The translations under genes were made by a program, and so were the position numbers. A stretch of DNA of 54,292 nucleotides from Candidatus Rokuibacteriota bacterium (GTDB lineage: Bacteria > JAUVQV01 > DATDCY01), in NCBI GenBank assembly GCA_031406795.1, contig JANOHV010000074.1:1-54292 (forward strand), in the 5' to 3' direction. A model generated the notes under the pieces. It ran no database searches. It saw nothing but the letters and a program-made list of their open reading frames with translations, and had not been told where the DNA came from. Positions 1-9,695 of this stretch are shown piece by piece. Positions within the stretch are counted from its first letter, which is position 1, and every line of letters starts with the position of its first letter.

Positions 1-112
1 GGCGCATGCGGAGCGGTTTGCATTCACCCGGTATTCGTGAAAAGATGCGTGTAACAACCACCGGCGAGCGGCTCTGCTCCCGGAGCACGCGGCGCTGTCA
101 GAAAGGACATGC

Positions 113-2830
113 ATGACACGTACGAGAAGCCCGGTGACGGGACCCCTGTTGGTGAGCGCGCTCGTCCTGGCGTTCATTCTGGCGCCGCAGCTCTCGGCAT
201 TCTACGTCGACTGGCTCTGGTTCGAGAGCATCGAGCTCCCGCAGGTCTTCGCGATCAGTTTCAAGGCGCAGGCGTTCTGGTCGCTGGCGGGCGGACTGCT
301 CGGCTTCCTGCTGACATACGCCAGCCATCTGGCGATGGTCCGGGCCACCCGGGGCCGCGTCGTCACCGTCTCCTTTCAGAACAAGGCGAACCTGCAGCTG
401 GACGTGCCGAAGCACCTCGACCGGCTCGCATTGGCGGCGCCGGCACTGGCGGCGTTCGTCGTCGGTTCGCTCTTCGCCGCCAACTGGCAGAAATTTCTGC
501 TGAGTGCCGGTGCGGCGCCGTTCGGTTCGGTCGACCCGGTCTTCGGCCGGGACATCTCCTTCTACGTCTTCACGCTGCCGGTGCTCGAAATCGCCGGTTC
601 CGGCCTGCTGCTGGCGTTCGGGATCGCGCTGCTCGCGGCGGCGGCGCTGTATTTTCTCAAGGGGGCGCTGCTGCTGACCAACAAAGGGGTCACCGCCGAG
701 CGACCGGCCGCGGCGCACCTGGCGATCCTCGGCAGCCTGCTCTTTCTGGTGCTGGCGTTCAACACGTTCGTCGGGATGCACGCCGTCCTGATTTCGACCC
801 AGGGACTCGTCGCCGGCGCGACCTACACCGACGTCCACGCGCGGCTGCCCGCGATGAAGCTGCAGATCGCGCTGGCCGTGGTCGCGGCGGTCCTGATCCT
901 GGCAAACCTCTTCGTGCGGCGCGGCCTGCTCGTGATCGCGGGCATCGGCGCCTACCTGCTCGCCGCGATCGTCGGGGGCGCGGTCTATCCCGCGCTGCTG
1001 CACAAGTTCGTCGTGGCGCCGAACGAACTGGTCAAGGAGACGCCCTACATCAAGCTGAACATCGCCGCGACGCGCCGGGGCTTCGGTCTGGACGCGGTCG
1101 AGGAGCGCAACATCTCGGGGCAGACCGGGCTGACCAGGGACGACGTCGAGAAGAACGCCGCGAGCATCAAGAACATCCGCCTCTGGGATCACCGGCCGCT
1201 GCTCGACACGTTCAGCCAGGTGCAGGAGATCCGCACCTACTACGACTTCACCACGGTGAGCAACGACCGTTATCTGATCAACGGCGAGTACCGGCAGACC
1301 ATGCTCTCCCCGCGCGAGCTCTCCAGCGACAGCATCCCGACGAAGAACTGGATCAACGAGACGCTGACCTTCACCCACGGTTACGGGCTGACGCTCGGAC
1401 CGGTCACCCAGGTGACGCCCGAAGGGCTGCCGGTGCTGCTGGTCAAGGATATCCCGCCGGTTTCGACCGCCGCCGAGATCAAGATCACCCGTCCGGAGAT
1501 CTACTATGGCAAGCTCTCGAGCAGTCACGTCATCGTCAACACGAAATCGAAGGAGTTCGACTACCCGGCCGGCGAGGACAACGTCTTCACCACGTTCGCC
1601 GGGGCCGGCGGCGTGAAGATCGACTCGCTGCTCAGGAAGCTGGTGTTCGCGGCCCACTTCGGCTCGATGAAGCTGCTGCTCTCGAACGACATCACCGACG
1701 CGAGCCGGGTGCTCTACCACCGGAACATCGCCGAGCGGGTCGGGCGGGTGCTGCCGTTCGTGCAGCTCGACAGCGACCCGCACATGGTGGTCACGGACGC
1801 CGGACGCCTGGTCTGGATGTACGACGCCTACACGGTGAGCCGCCGCTTTCCCTACTCGCAGCCGGTCGGCGGCGGCGTCAACTTCATCAGGAATTCCGTG
1901 AAGATCACCGTCGACGCCTACGACGGGAACATGAAGTTCTACATCGCCGATCCCGTGGATCCGATCGCCAGGACCATCGCCGGCGTCTTTCCCGGGCTGC
2001 TGCGCCCGATCGGCGAGATGCCCGCGGACCTGCGCCGGCACATCCGCTACCCCCTGGACATCTTCGGCGTGCAAACCGCGGTCTACTCGACCTACCACAT
2101 GGAAGACCCGCAGAGCTTCTACAACCGCGAGGACCAGTGGGAGATCCCGGTCATGGGCGCGGAGAACCAGCGCGCGGCGATGGAGCCGTACTACACGATC
2201 ATGAAACTGCCGGGGCAGCAGCGGGAGGAGTTCATCCTGATGACCCCCTTCAACCCGAAAAAGAAGGACAACCTCTCGGCCTGGATGGCGGCGCGCAGCG
2301 ACGGGGAAGACTACGGGAAGATGATCGTCTACCGCTTCCCGAAGGACCGGCTGGTTTACGGGCCGAAGCAGATCGTCGCGCGGATCAACCAGGACACCGA
2401 GATTTCGCGGCAGGTTTCGCTGTGGGACCAGCGCGGTTCGCAGGTGATCCAGGGGACGCTGCTGGTGATTCCGATCGAGAACTCGCTGATCTACGTCCAG
2501 CCGCTGTACCTGCGCGCCGAGACCGGCAAGATCCCCGAGCTCAAGCGGGTGATCGTGGCCTACGAGAACAGGATCGCGATGGAGGAGACGCTCGAGAGCG
2601 CGCTCTCGAGGATCTTCGGCGAGAGCTCCGGCGCCGGCGCGGTCGCAGCGGCCCCGGGCGCCCCGGCCCCGACGGGCGCCGCGAGCCGTCAGCCGGCGGC
2701 CGCAGGCGATCTGGCCGCGCGCGCGCGGGAGCACTTCGACCGGGCGATCAAGGCCCAGCGCGAAGGCAACTGGGCGCAGTATGGGGAGGAGATCGGCCGG
2801 CTCGGGGAAATCCTCGGCAAAATGCGCTGA
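113..2830 (+). CDS. UPF0182 family integral membrane protein
   Basis: 905 aa; multi-TM N-terminus, YVDWLWF, DPVFGRDISFYVF, NIRLWD, YYDF, FYNREDQW, IYVQPLYL motifs; AGGA RBS upstream. Confidence 0.92.
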   Translation: MTRTRSPVTGPLLVSALVLAFILAPQLSAFYVDWLWFESIELPQVFAISFKAQAFWSLAGGLLGFLLTYASHLAMVRATRGRVVTVSFQNKANLQLDVPKHLDRLALAAPALAAFVVGSLFAANWQKFLLSAGAAPFGSVDPVFGRDISFYVFTLPVLEIAGSGLLLAFGIALLAAAALYFLKGALLLTNKGVTAERPAAAHLAILGSLLFLVLAFNTFVGMHAVLISTQGLVAGATYTDVHARLPAMKLQIALAVVAAVLILANLFVRRGLLVIAGIGAYLLAAIVGGAVYPALLHKFVVAPNELVKETPYIKLNIAATRRGFGLDAVEERNISGQTGLTRDDVEKNAASIKNIRLWDHRPLLDTFSQVQEIRTYYDFTTVSNDRYLINGEYRQTMLSPRELSSDSIPTKNWINETLTFTHGYGLTLGPVTQVTPEGLPVLLVKDIPPVSTAAEIKITRPEIYYGKLSSSHVIVNTKSKEFDYPAGEDNVFTTFAGAGGVKIDSLLRKLVFAAHFGSMKLLLSNDITDASRVLYHRNIAERVGRVLPFVQLDSDPHMVVTDAGRLVWMYDAYTVSRRFPYSQPVGGGVNFIRNSVKITVDAYDGNMKFYIADPVDPIARTIAGVFPGLLRPIGEMPADLRRHIRYPLDIFGVQTAVYSTYHMEDPQSFYNREDQWEIPVMGAENQRAAMEPYYTIMKLPGQQREEFILMTPFNPKKKDNLSAWMAARSDGEDYGKMIVYRFPKDRLVYGPKQIVARINQDTEISRQVSLWDQRGSQVIQGTLLVIPIENSLIYVQPLYLRAETGKIPELKRVIVAYENRIAMEETLESALSRIFGESSGAGAVAAAPGAPAPTGAASRQPAAAGDLAARAREHFDRAIKAQREGNWAQYGEEIGRLGEILGKMR

Positions 2831-2872
2831 GGGGGTCTTCGGGGCGGGTAGTCGAACCGGGGAGTCATTGCC

Positions 2873-4489
2873 ATGACGAGTTTTGCGGAATTGAATCTGA
2901 GCGCGGGCCTGCTGAAGGCGATTGCCGACATGGGGTTCGAAGAGCCGACACCGATTCAGGAGCAGACGATACCGGCCGCGCTGGCGGGCCGGGACATCAT
3001 CGGCCAGGCGCAGACCGGCACGGGCAAGACGGCTTCGTTCGCGGTGCCGGTCATCGAGAAGAAGACCGCGGGCTCCAAGCCGTACGCGCTGATTCTCGAG
3101 CCCACCCGCGAGCTGGCGATCCAGGTCGCCGAGGAGATCGGCAGGCTCTCGAAGTTCAAGAGCCGCTCCGTCCTGACCGTGTACGGCGGGTCCTCGCTGG
3201 AGCGCCAGGTCAAGGCGCTCAGAAGCGGCGTGAACATCATCGTCGGCACGCCGGGAAGGGTGCTCGACCACCTGAACCGGAAGACCCTGTCCCTCGCCGA
3301 AATCTCGATCGTAGTCCTCGACGAGGCGGACGAGATGCTCGACATGGGGTTCATCGAGGACATCGAGAAGATCCTCGAGATGACTCCCGCGACCCGGCAG
3401 ATGATGCTCTATTCCGCAACGCTGGCCCCCGCGATCGCGAAAATCGCGAAACGGCACATGAAGGACCCGCTGAAGATCGCGATCAACCTCAAGGACATCG
3501 TCGCCCCGAAGATCGCCCAGGTCTTCTACGAAGTGGCCCAGCGGGACAAAACGGAGGTGCTGACGCGGCTGCTCGACGTCGAAACCCCGGAACTCACGCT
3601 CGTGTTCTGCCACACCAAGCGCGAGGTCGACGATGTCGCGGCCTCCCTCAAGCAGCTCGGCTACAACGCCGGCGCGCTGCACGGCGATTTCACGCAGGCG
3701 CACCGGGAAGAGATGATGGGCAAGTTCAAGGGCGGGGCGATCGACATCCTCGTGGCGACCGACGTCGCGGGCCGGGGCATCGACGTCGAGAACATCACGC
3801 ACGTCATCAACTACAGCATCCCGCAGAGCCCGGAGGGGTACATCCACCGGATCGGGCGCACGGGCCGGGCCGGCCGCTCGGGCATGGCCGTCACGTTCGT
3901 GACGCCGCGGGAATACCGGCAGCTGCAGCTGATCGAGAAGACTGCCCGGACCAAGCTCAGCCGCAGGGACGTCCCGTCGGCCGCCGAAGTCACCAAGGCG
4001 CGACACAAACAGATCGTCGCCGATGTCGTCGCGCTGCTGCAGAAGGGGACCCACCACGCGTATCTCGAAGTCGTCAGGGAACTCTGCGGGAGCGCGAGCG
4101 CCGAAGAAGTGGCGGCCGCAGCGTTGGTCATCGCCTTCGGCGACCCGAAAGTCGCCGAGTTGCAGAAACGCCCCGCTCCCGGCCCCGCCCACGACACCCG
4201 GACGCTGTCCGTGGAGAAGGGCATGACCAGGCTCTTCATCACGCTCGGGCGCAAGGACCAGATCCAGACTTCGGAACTTCTGCGCGCCATCGCCGGGGAG
4301 TCGGGGATCCAGGGCAAACGCGTGGGGAAGATCGACATCCGGGAGCAGTTCACCTTCGTCGACGTCCCCGTCGACATCGCCGAGAAGGTGATCGCCGCGA
4401 TGGACAACGCGTTCATCCGGGGGAAGAAGATCGCGGTGAAGAAAGCACTGCCCCCGATGGGTCCGCGGCCGGCGGTGAGGAGCCGCTGA
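2873..4489 (+). CDS. deaD: DEAD-box RNA helicase (DeaD/CshA-like) with C-terminal DbpA-type RNA-binding domain
   Basis: Q motif GFEEPTPIQ, AQTGTGKT, PTRELA, TPGR, DEAD, SAT, HRIGRTGRAG. Confidence 0.9.
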   Translation: MTSFAELNLSAGLLKAIADMGFEEPTPIQEQTIPAALAGRDIIGQAQTGTGKTASFAVPVIEKKTAGSKPYALILEPTRELAIQVAEEIGRLSKFKSRSVLTVYGGSSLERQVKALRSGVNIIVGTPGRVLDHLNRKTLSLAEISIVVLDEADEMLDMGFIEDIEKILEMTPATRQMMLYSATLAPAIAKIAKRHMKDPLKIAINLKDIVAPKIAQVFYEVAQRDKTEVLTRLLDVETPELTLVFCHTKREVDDVAASLKQLGYNAGALHGDFTQAHREEMMGKFKGGAIDILVATDVAGRGIDVENITHVINYSIPQSPEGYIHRIGRTGRAGRSGMAVTFVTPREYRQLQLIEKTARTKLSRRDVPSAAEVTKARHKQIVADVVALLQKGTHHAYLEVVRELCGSASAEEVAAAALVIAFGDPKVAELQKRPAPGPAHDTRTLSVEKGMTRLFITLGRKDQIQTSELLRAIAGESGIQGKRVGKIDIREQFTFVDVPVDIAEKVIAAMDNAFIRGKKIAVKKALPPMGPRPAVRSR

Positions 4490-4504
4490 TCCGCGAAAGC
4501 CTGG

Positions 4505-6148
4505 TCAGGCCGGCAAAGCGGCGGCGACGATCGCCTGCGCCTCCTGCTGGATCCGGCGCAGGTGCTCCTCGCCGCGGAAGCTCTCCGCGTAGATCTTGTA
4601 GATGTCTTCGGTGCCCGACGGGCGCGCGGCGAACCAGCCTTGCGCGGTCGTCACCTTGAGCCCCCCGATCGGCGCGTCGTTTCCCGGCGCGCGCGTGAGC
4701 TTCGCGAGGATCGGGTCGCCGGCCAGCTCGGTGGCGCTCACCTGCGACGGGGAGAGCCGCGCCAGCGTGTCGCGCTGCGACTTCGAGGCGGCCGCGTCGA
4801 TACGCGCGTACCAGGCGCGGCCGTGCTCGCGCTCCAGGCTGCGGTAGCACTCGCCGGGGTCCTTGCCGTGAACCGCGGTGATCTCGGCCGCGAGCAAATC
4901 CATGATGATCCCGTCCTTGTCGGTGACCCAGACCGTGCCGTCACGGCGCAGGAAGGCGGCGCCGGCGCTCTCCTCGCAGGCGAACGCGCAGGCGCCGGAG
5001 AGCAGTCCCTCGACGAACCACTTGAAGCCGACCGGGGTTTCGATGACGCTGCGGCCGAGGCTCGCGGCGACGCGGTCGATCATCGAGCTGGAGACGAGCG
5101 TCTTGCCGACGGCGGCCGCGACCGGCCAATGCGGCCGGTGCGAGAAGAGGTGCCAGACCGAGACGGCGAGGAAGTGATTCGGGCTCATCAGGCCGACGCT
5201 GCGGGTGACGATGCCGTGGCGGTCGAAGTCCGGGTCGTTGCCGAAGGCGATGTCGAAGCGATCCTTGAGCCCGATCAGGCCCGCCATGGCATACGGGGAC
5301 GAGCAGTCCATGCGGATCCTGCCGTCGTGATCGTGCCGCATGAAACTGAAGGTCGGGTCGATGGCGCGGTTGACGATCTCGAGCTCGAGGTCGTACAGCG
5401 TGGCGATCGGGTCCCAGTAGGCAATGCCGGCCCCGCCCATCGGGTCGACGCCGATCTTCAGGCCGGCGCGGGCGATTGCTTCGAGGTCGATGACGTTCTC
5501 CAGATCGCTGACATAGGGCATGACGTAGTCGTGGGCGTGCGTCGTCGAGGCCTTCAGAGCGCGAGCAAGGGGCATGCGGCGCACACCGGTCAGTTCCGCC
5601 GCCAACAGGGCGTTCGCGCGCTCTTCGATGCGGCGCGTGACTCCGGTGTCGGCCGGGCCGCCGCTCGGCGGGTCGTACTTGATGCCGCCATCCTCGGGGG
5701 GGTTGTGCGAGGGCGTGATGACGATGCCGTCGGCGAGGCCGACCGTGCGCCCGCGGTTGTACCTGAGGATGGCGTGCGACACGACCGGCGTGGGCGTGTA
5801 GCCGCGCCCGGCCTGAATCATCGTCTCAACGCCGTTGGCGGCCAGCACCTCGAGCGCGCTCGCGAACGCCGGTTCGGAGAGCGCGTGCGTGTCCATGCCG
5901 AGAAACAGCGGCCCGCCGGCGGGTCCGCCCGCACGCAACTCGCAGATCGCCTGCACGATGGCCAGCACGTGCGCCTCGTTGAACGAGCCCTTGAGCGACG
6001 AGCCGCGGTGCCCGGACGTGCCGAACGTGACAGCCTCGGCCGGGTTCCCGGGGTCGGGGCGGCGGGTGTAGAACTCCGAGACGAGCCGCGGGATGTTGAC
6101 GAGCATTTCGCGCGGGACCGGCTTGCCGGCGAGTTCGTGCAGAGCCAT
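4505..6148 (-). CDS. pgm: Phosphoglucomutase (alpha-D-glucose-1,6-bisphosphate dependent)
   Basis: [14 protein letters not shown] phosphoserine loop, DPDFDR metal loop, RPSGTE; GGAGG RBS. Confidence 0.96.
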   Translation of the reverse strand: MALHELAGKPVPREMLVNIPRLVSEFYTRRPDPGNPAEAVTFGTSGHRGSSLKGSFNEAHVLAIVQAICELRAGGPAGGPLFLGMDTHALSEPAFASALEVLAANGVETMIQAGRGYTPTPVVSHAILRYNRGRTVGLADGIVITPSHNPPEDGGIKYDPPSGGPADTGVTRRIEERANALLAAELTGVRRMPLARALKASTTHAHDYVMPYVSDLENVIDLEAIARAGLKIGVDPMGGAGIAYWDPIATLYDLELEIVNRAIDPTFSFMRHDHDGRIRMDCSSPYAMAGLIGLKDRFDIAFGNDPDFDRHGIVTRSVGLMSPNHFLAVSVWHLFSHRPHWPVAAAVGKTLVSSSMIDRVAASLGRSVIETPVGFKWFVEGLLSGACAFACEESAGAAFLRRDGTVWVTDKDGIIMDLLAAEITAVHGKDPGECYRSLEREHGRAWYARIDAAASKSQRDTLARLSPSQVSATELAGDPILAKLTRAPGNDAPIGGLKVTTAQGWFAARPSGTEDIYKIYAESFRGEEHLRRIQQEAQAIVAAALPA

Positions 6149-6151
6149 GGT

Positions 6152-6619
6152 TCAGCCTCCGTGTGCTGCGGACAGAGCCGCGAAAATCTCCTGCACGTCC
6201 CGTGGCGGGCGCAGCACCCGCCCCGCGCCGTCCGTGAAGGCGTGCTCGGTGTGTCCCTCGACGATCAGCGTTGCCTCGCAGTCGATCCGGTACTCGACGC
6301 GCAGGCGCACGCCGGCGGCGTGCACCCGGCCGATGCTCACGATCAGCAGGTCATCGTAGCGCGCGGGTTTGCGGTAGCGCACGAGCGCCTCGATCACGGG
6401 CAAGTGGATGCCGCGGCCGATGAGCGCGGGGTAGGGTAGTTCGGTCAGCCGCATCAGCTCCGTGCGCGCCATCTCGAACCAGCGAAGATAATTGCCGTGC
6501 CAGGCCACGCCCATGGCGTCCGTGTCGGCGAACGCCACACGGAGGCGCAACACCTCGAGCGGCACCTGATGCCCGCTGGTGTCCCGCCGCCTGGAAAGAC
6601 GCTGTCGCGTGCCGCTCAT
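6152..6619 (-). CDS. Hotdog-fold acyl-CoA thioesterase (YbgC/4HBT family)
   Basis: DTDAMGVAWHGNYLRWFEMAR motif; start set at ATG 6619 because the longer ORF start lies inside a repeat element. Confidence 0.85.
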   Translation of the reverse strand: MSGTRQRLSRRRDTSGHQVPLEVLRLRVAFADTDAMGVAWHGNYLRWFEMARTELMRLTELPYPALIGRGIHLPVIEALVRYRKPARYDDLLIVSIGRVHAAGVRLRVEYRIDCEATLIVEGHTEHAFTDGAGRVLRPPRDVQEIFAALSAAHGG

Positions 6620-6691
6620 GAAGCTCAATTCTAACAGTTTGCAGAAAAACCGGAAATCCACGGAATGCCCCGGTCTGCCGGTGTCGGCGGC

Positions 6692-6818
6692 CGCCGGGCC
6701 TCGAGAAGGGTCCAGGTGCAAGGCGGGCGAGTCCCGAAGAGTGAGGCGTACGCCGGTACGCCGCAGCGATGAGGGACGAAGCCCGACGCAGCAGATGGGC
6801 CCTTATCGAGGCCCGGCG
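6692..6818. repeat. Structured palindromic dispersed element, copy A
   Basis: 22-bp terminal IR (20/22), nested stems cgggc/gcccg and gtccc/gggac, central hairpin ggcgtac-gccg-gtacgcc; shares exact 18- and 14-bp blocks with 45051-45168. Confidence 0.85.
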
Positions 6819-7720
6819 AGGCCGATCGCCAGGAGCAGGCTGAAAACAAGTGACAGTCGCGCGGTGCCCGCCAGCGCGGCGTTCATCGCGGGGCCGTCCT
6901 GCCGGCGCGCGACGAGGGTTCTCACGAGGGGCACCGTCAGCGGCAGCGCGAGCAGGGGCAACAGGATCAGCGGGCCGCGCACGCCGGCCGCGAAAAAGTA
7001 CGGCGGGAGGAGAAAGGGGCCGCCGAGCAGCAGCAGGTATTCGACGAGCGAGCCGCGCGGGCCCAGACGCACGGCGAGGGTGCGTTTGCCGGCCCGCGCG
7101 TCGGTCTCGATGTCGCGCAGGTTGTTGACGACGAGGATCGCGGTGATCAGGAGTCCCGGTGCGATTGAGGCCGCCGCCGCCGTGCCGGAAACCGCGCCGG
7201 CCTGCACGAAATAGGTGCCGCAGACCGCGACGGGACCGAAGAAGACGAAGACGAAGAGGTCGGCGACGCCGAGCGAGGCCAGCGGCCAGGGCCCGCCGCT
7301 GTAGGCGAGCGCGGAGAGGATCGACGCGATCCCGACGACGAGGATCGGCGCTCCGCCGCGCACGATCAGGTAGACGCCGACGAGCGCCGCCGCCGCGAAG
7401 GTCGCGATCATGCCGCGGCGCACGTGCGCCGGCGGGATCAGTCCGGCTTGCGTTACCCGGACGGGACCCTTGCGGTCCGGCGTATCGACCCCGCGACCGA
7501 AATCGAAGTAATCGTTGGCGAGGTTCACCCCGACTTGCAGCAACAGCGAACTGAGCAGCGCGGCCAGCGCCGGCAGAGGCGAAAACGTCCCGTCGCCGAA
7601 CGCCGCCGCGGCACCGACGACCACCGGGGCGATCGCCGCCGGCAGGGTCTTCGGCCGCGCCGCGAGCAGCCAGGCCCGGCCGCGGGTGATGGTGCCCGAG
7701 GCGTTCGCAGAGGCGGTCAT
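6803..7720 (-). CDS. menA: 1,4-dihydroxy-2-naphthoate polyprenyltransferase
   Basis: ARPKTL, NLANDYFD, NNLRDIETD, GKRTLAV motifs; hydrophobic UbiA-family protein. Confidence 0.93.
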   Translation of the reverse strand: MTASANASGTITRGRAWLLAARPKTLPAAIAPVVVGAAAAFGDGTFSPLPALAALLSSLLLQVGVNLANDYFDFGRGVDTPDRKGPVRVTQAGLIPPAHVRRGMIATFAAAALVGVYLIVRGGAPILVVGIASILSALAYSGGPWPLASLGVADLFVFVFFGPVAVCGTYFVQAGAVSGTAAAASIAPGLLITAILVVNNLRDIETDARAGKRTLAVRLGPRGSLVEYLLLLGGPFLLPPYFFAAGVRGPLILLPLLALPLTVPLVRTLVARRQDGPAMNAALAGTARLSLVFSLLLAIGLAGPR

Positions 7721-8442
7721 GGCGCTTCTGCCTCTGCCGCCGGGCGCGTCCCGACGTGAACGGCGATCGTCCCGGCCATGAAGCGCTGATAGCGCACCCG
7801 GTCGAGACCGGCGGCGCTCATGATCGCCGCCAGTTCGTCGGGGGTCTTGAACCCCTCGGTCGAGGCGGAGAGGTAGGCGTAGGCGGAGCGGTCCCCGGCG
7901 ACCAGCCGGCCCAGAAGCGGAATGATCCGGCGCAGGTACAGGCGCACGAGCGGCCGCAGCGGCGAGGCCGGCGGCGGCGAGGTGTCGAGACAGACGACGC
8001 GACCGCCGGGCTTCACGACGCGGGCCTGCTCCCGGAACGCGCCCTCGCGGTCGGCGACGTTGCGCAGCAGGTAGCCGGAGGTCACCGCGTCGAAGCTGGC
8101 GTCAGCGAACGGCAGTGCCAGCGCGTCCGCGGCGCACCACACGATCCGGCGCCCGCCGGGCCGCTGTCGGCCGACCCGGATCATCTCGAGCGAAAAGTCG
8201 GCCGCCGTGACGCGCAGCCCGGGATCCTGCCGTAGCGCCTCCAGGGCAATGTCGCCCGTGCCGCTCGCAAGATCAAGAAGGCGCCCGCCCGCCGGGAGCG
8301 CCGCCGCGAGCACGACGGCGCGCCGCCAGAGCCGGTCGCGGCCGAAGGTCATCAGGGCGTTCATGAGCTGGTATCGGCCGGCGATGCGGTCGAACATCGC
8401 CCGCACGTCGGGCATCGCGCTGCCCGGCGCGGCCGTCGTCAT
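7717..8442 (-). CDS. menG: Demethylmenaquinone methyltransferase (UbiE/MenG)
   Basis: VRAMFDRIA, LDLASGTGD SAM motif, LPFADASFD, VKPGG; ATGA overlap with menA. Confidence 0.88.
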   Translation of the reverse strand: MTTAAPGSAMPDVRAMFDRIAGRYQLMNALMTFGRDRLWRRAVVLAAALPAGGRLLDLASGTGDIALEALRQDPGLRVTAADFSLEMIRVGRQRPGGRRIVWCAADALALPFADASFDAVTSGYLLRNVADREGAFREQARVVKPGGRVVCLDTSPPPASPLRPLVRLYLRRIIPLLGRLVAGDRSAYAYLSASTEGFKTPDELAAIMSAAGLDRVRYQRFMAGTIAVHVGTRPAAEAEAP

Positions 8443-8564
8443 CGGCGGGAATCTCCGGTCACCGTCATGGCAGGTGCGGATTGTACGCGCGCGCGGTGTG
8501 TTCCGCTACGGGTCCGGGCGGAGTAGAATGCCACCGCTGCACATACCAGAGGAGGTTCGTGTTC

Positions 8565-9677
8565 ATGACGGCTCCGCCCTATCGCCTTTTCGACCACGGT
8601 CCGGAGGTCGCCGAGTTCTTCGCCCGGGTGAGCTCCGAGCCGGTCCTGGCCCTCGACCTCGAGGCCGACAGCCTGCACCACTACCCCGAGAAGATCTGCC
8701 TCGTGCAGATCTCCACCCCGTCCGAAACCGCGATCCTCGACCCCCTGGCCGCGCCGGAAGTTCTCGACGGCCTGGCGTCGGTGCTCGCCGACGGCGCGGT
8801 GCGCAAGATCGTGCATGGCGGCGACTACGACGTGCGCCTGCTCAAGCGCGAGCGCCCGGTGGCGGTGCGCAATCTCTTCGACACGATGATCGCGGCGCAG
8901 CTCACCGGCCGCGAGCGCTTCGGCCTGGCGGCGCTGCTCGAGGAGCACTTCGGCGTGGTGCTCGACAAGCGTTACCAGCGGGCGGACTGGTCGCGGCGGC
9001 CGCTCGCTCCGGAACTGCTGGCCTACGCGGCCGGGGACACCACGCACCTGCACGCCCTCCGTGGGCGCCTGGCGGGGGAACTCTCCGCGCTGGGACGTCT
9101 GGCCTGGGCGGATGAGGAATTCCGTCTGCTCGAACTGGTCGAGCCCGGGGCGCCGAAGCAGCCGTGGTGCCTGGATCTGAAGGGGACGGGGCGGCTCGCC
9201 CCGCGCCAGCTCGCGCGGCTCCAGGCGCTGCTCGAGATGCGCGACGGGCAGGCGCGGGCCTGGGACCGCCCGCCGTTCATGGTTCTCGGGAATCAGACGC
9301 TGATCGACTGGGCGCAGCGGCCGCCGGCGAGCCGACGCGAGCTGCTGCAGACCCCGGGAGCGGGCCGCGCGGTGCTCGAGCGCGTCGCGGATCGCGCGCT
9401 CGCGGCGCTCGCGAGCGCCGAAGCCCTGCCCGAGGAGGCCTGCCCGCGGGTCGAGCCCGTCCGGCGCACCGTGCTCAGCGAGTCGGAAACCAGCCGGCTC
9501 TCGCGCCTCAGGGGCGTGCGCGAGGCGGCCGCGAAGCGTCTGGCCCTGGCTCCCGGGCTGTTCGTCAACGGCGCGACGCTGGAGCGGCTCGCGCGCGAGG
9601 GGGCTCCCTCCGCCGGACTCTTGAAGAACTGGCAGGCCGAGGCGCTCGGCGCGCCCTTTCTCCAGGCGCTGGAGTAG
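8565..9677 (+). CDS. rnd: Ribonuclease D-like 3'-5' exonuclease with HRDC domain
   Basis: LDLEAD, FDTMIAA, DWSRRPL, YAAGD DEDDy motifs; GGAGG RBS before ATG 8565. Confidence 0.85.
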   Translation: MTAPPYRLFDHGPEVAEFFARVSSEPVLALDLEADSLHHYPEKICLVQISTPSETAILDPLAAPEVLDGLASVLADGAVRKIVHGGDYDVRLLKRERPVAVRNLFDTMIAAQLTGRERFGLAALLEEHFGVVLDKRYQRADWSRRPLAPELLAYAAGDTTHLHALRGRLAGELSALGRLAWADEEFRLLELVEPGAPKQPWCLDLKGTGRLAPRQLARLQALLEMRDGQARAWDRPPFMVLGNQTLIDWAQRPPASRRELLQTPGAGRAVLERVADRALAALASAEALPEEACPRVEPVRRTVLSESETSRLSRLRGVREAAAKRLALAPGLFVNGATLERLAREGAPSAGLLKNWQAEALGAPFLQALE

Positions 9678-9695
9678 CGCCGGCGTCGGCCCGGT

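Noticed and set aside
98-4659. Very long overlapping ORFs 98..4192 (-) and 109..4659 (+)
   Set aside because: Shadow frames of UPF0182/deaD caused by high GC3; Arg/Gly/Pro-rich with no motifs
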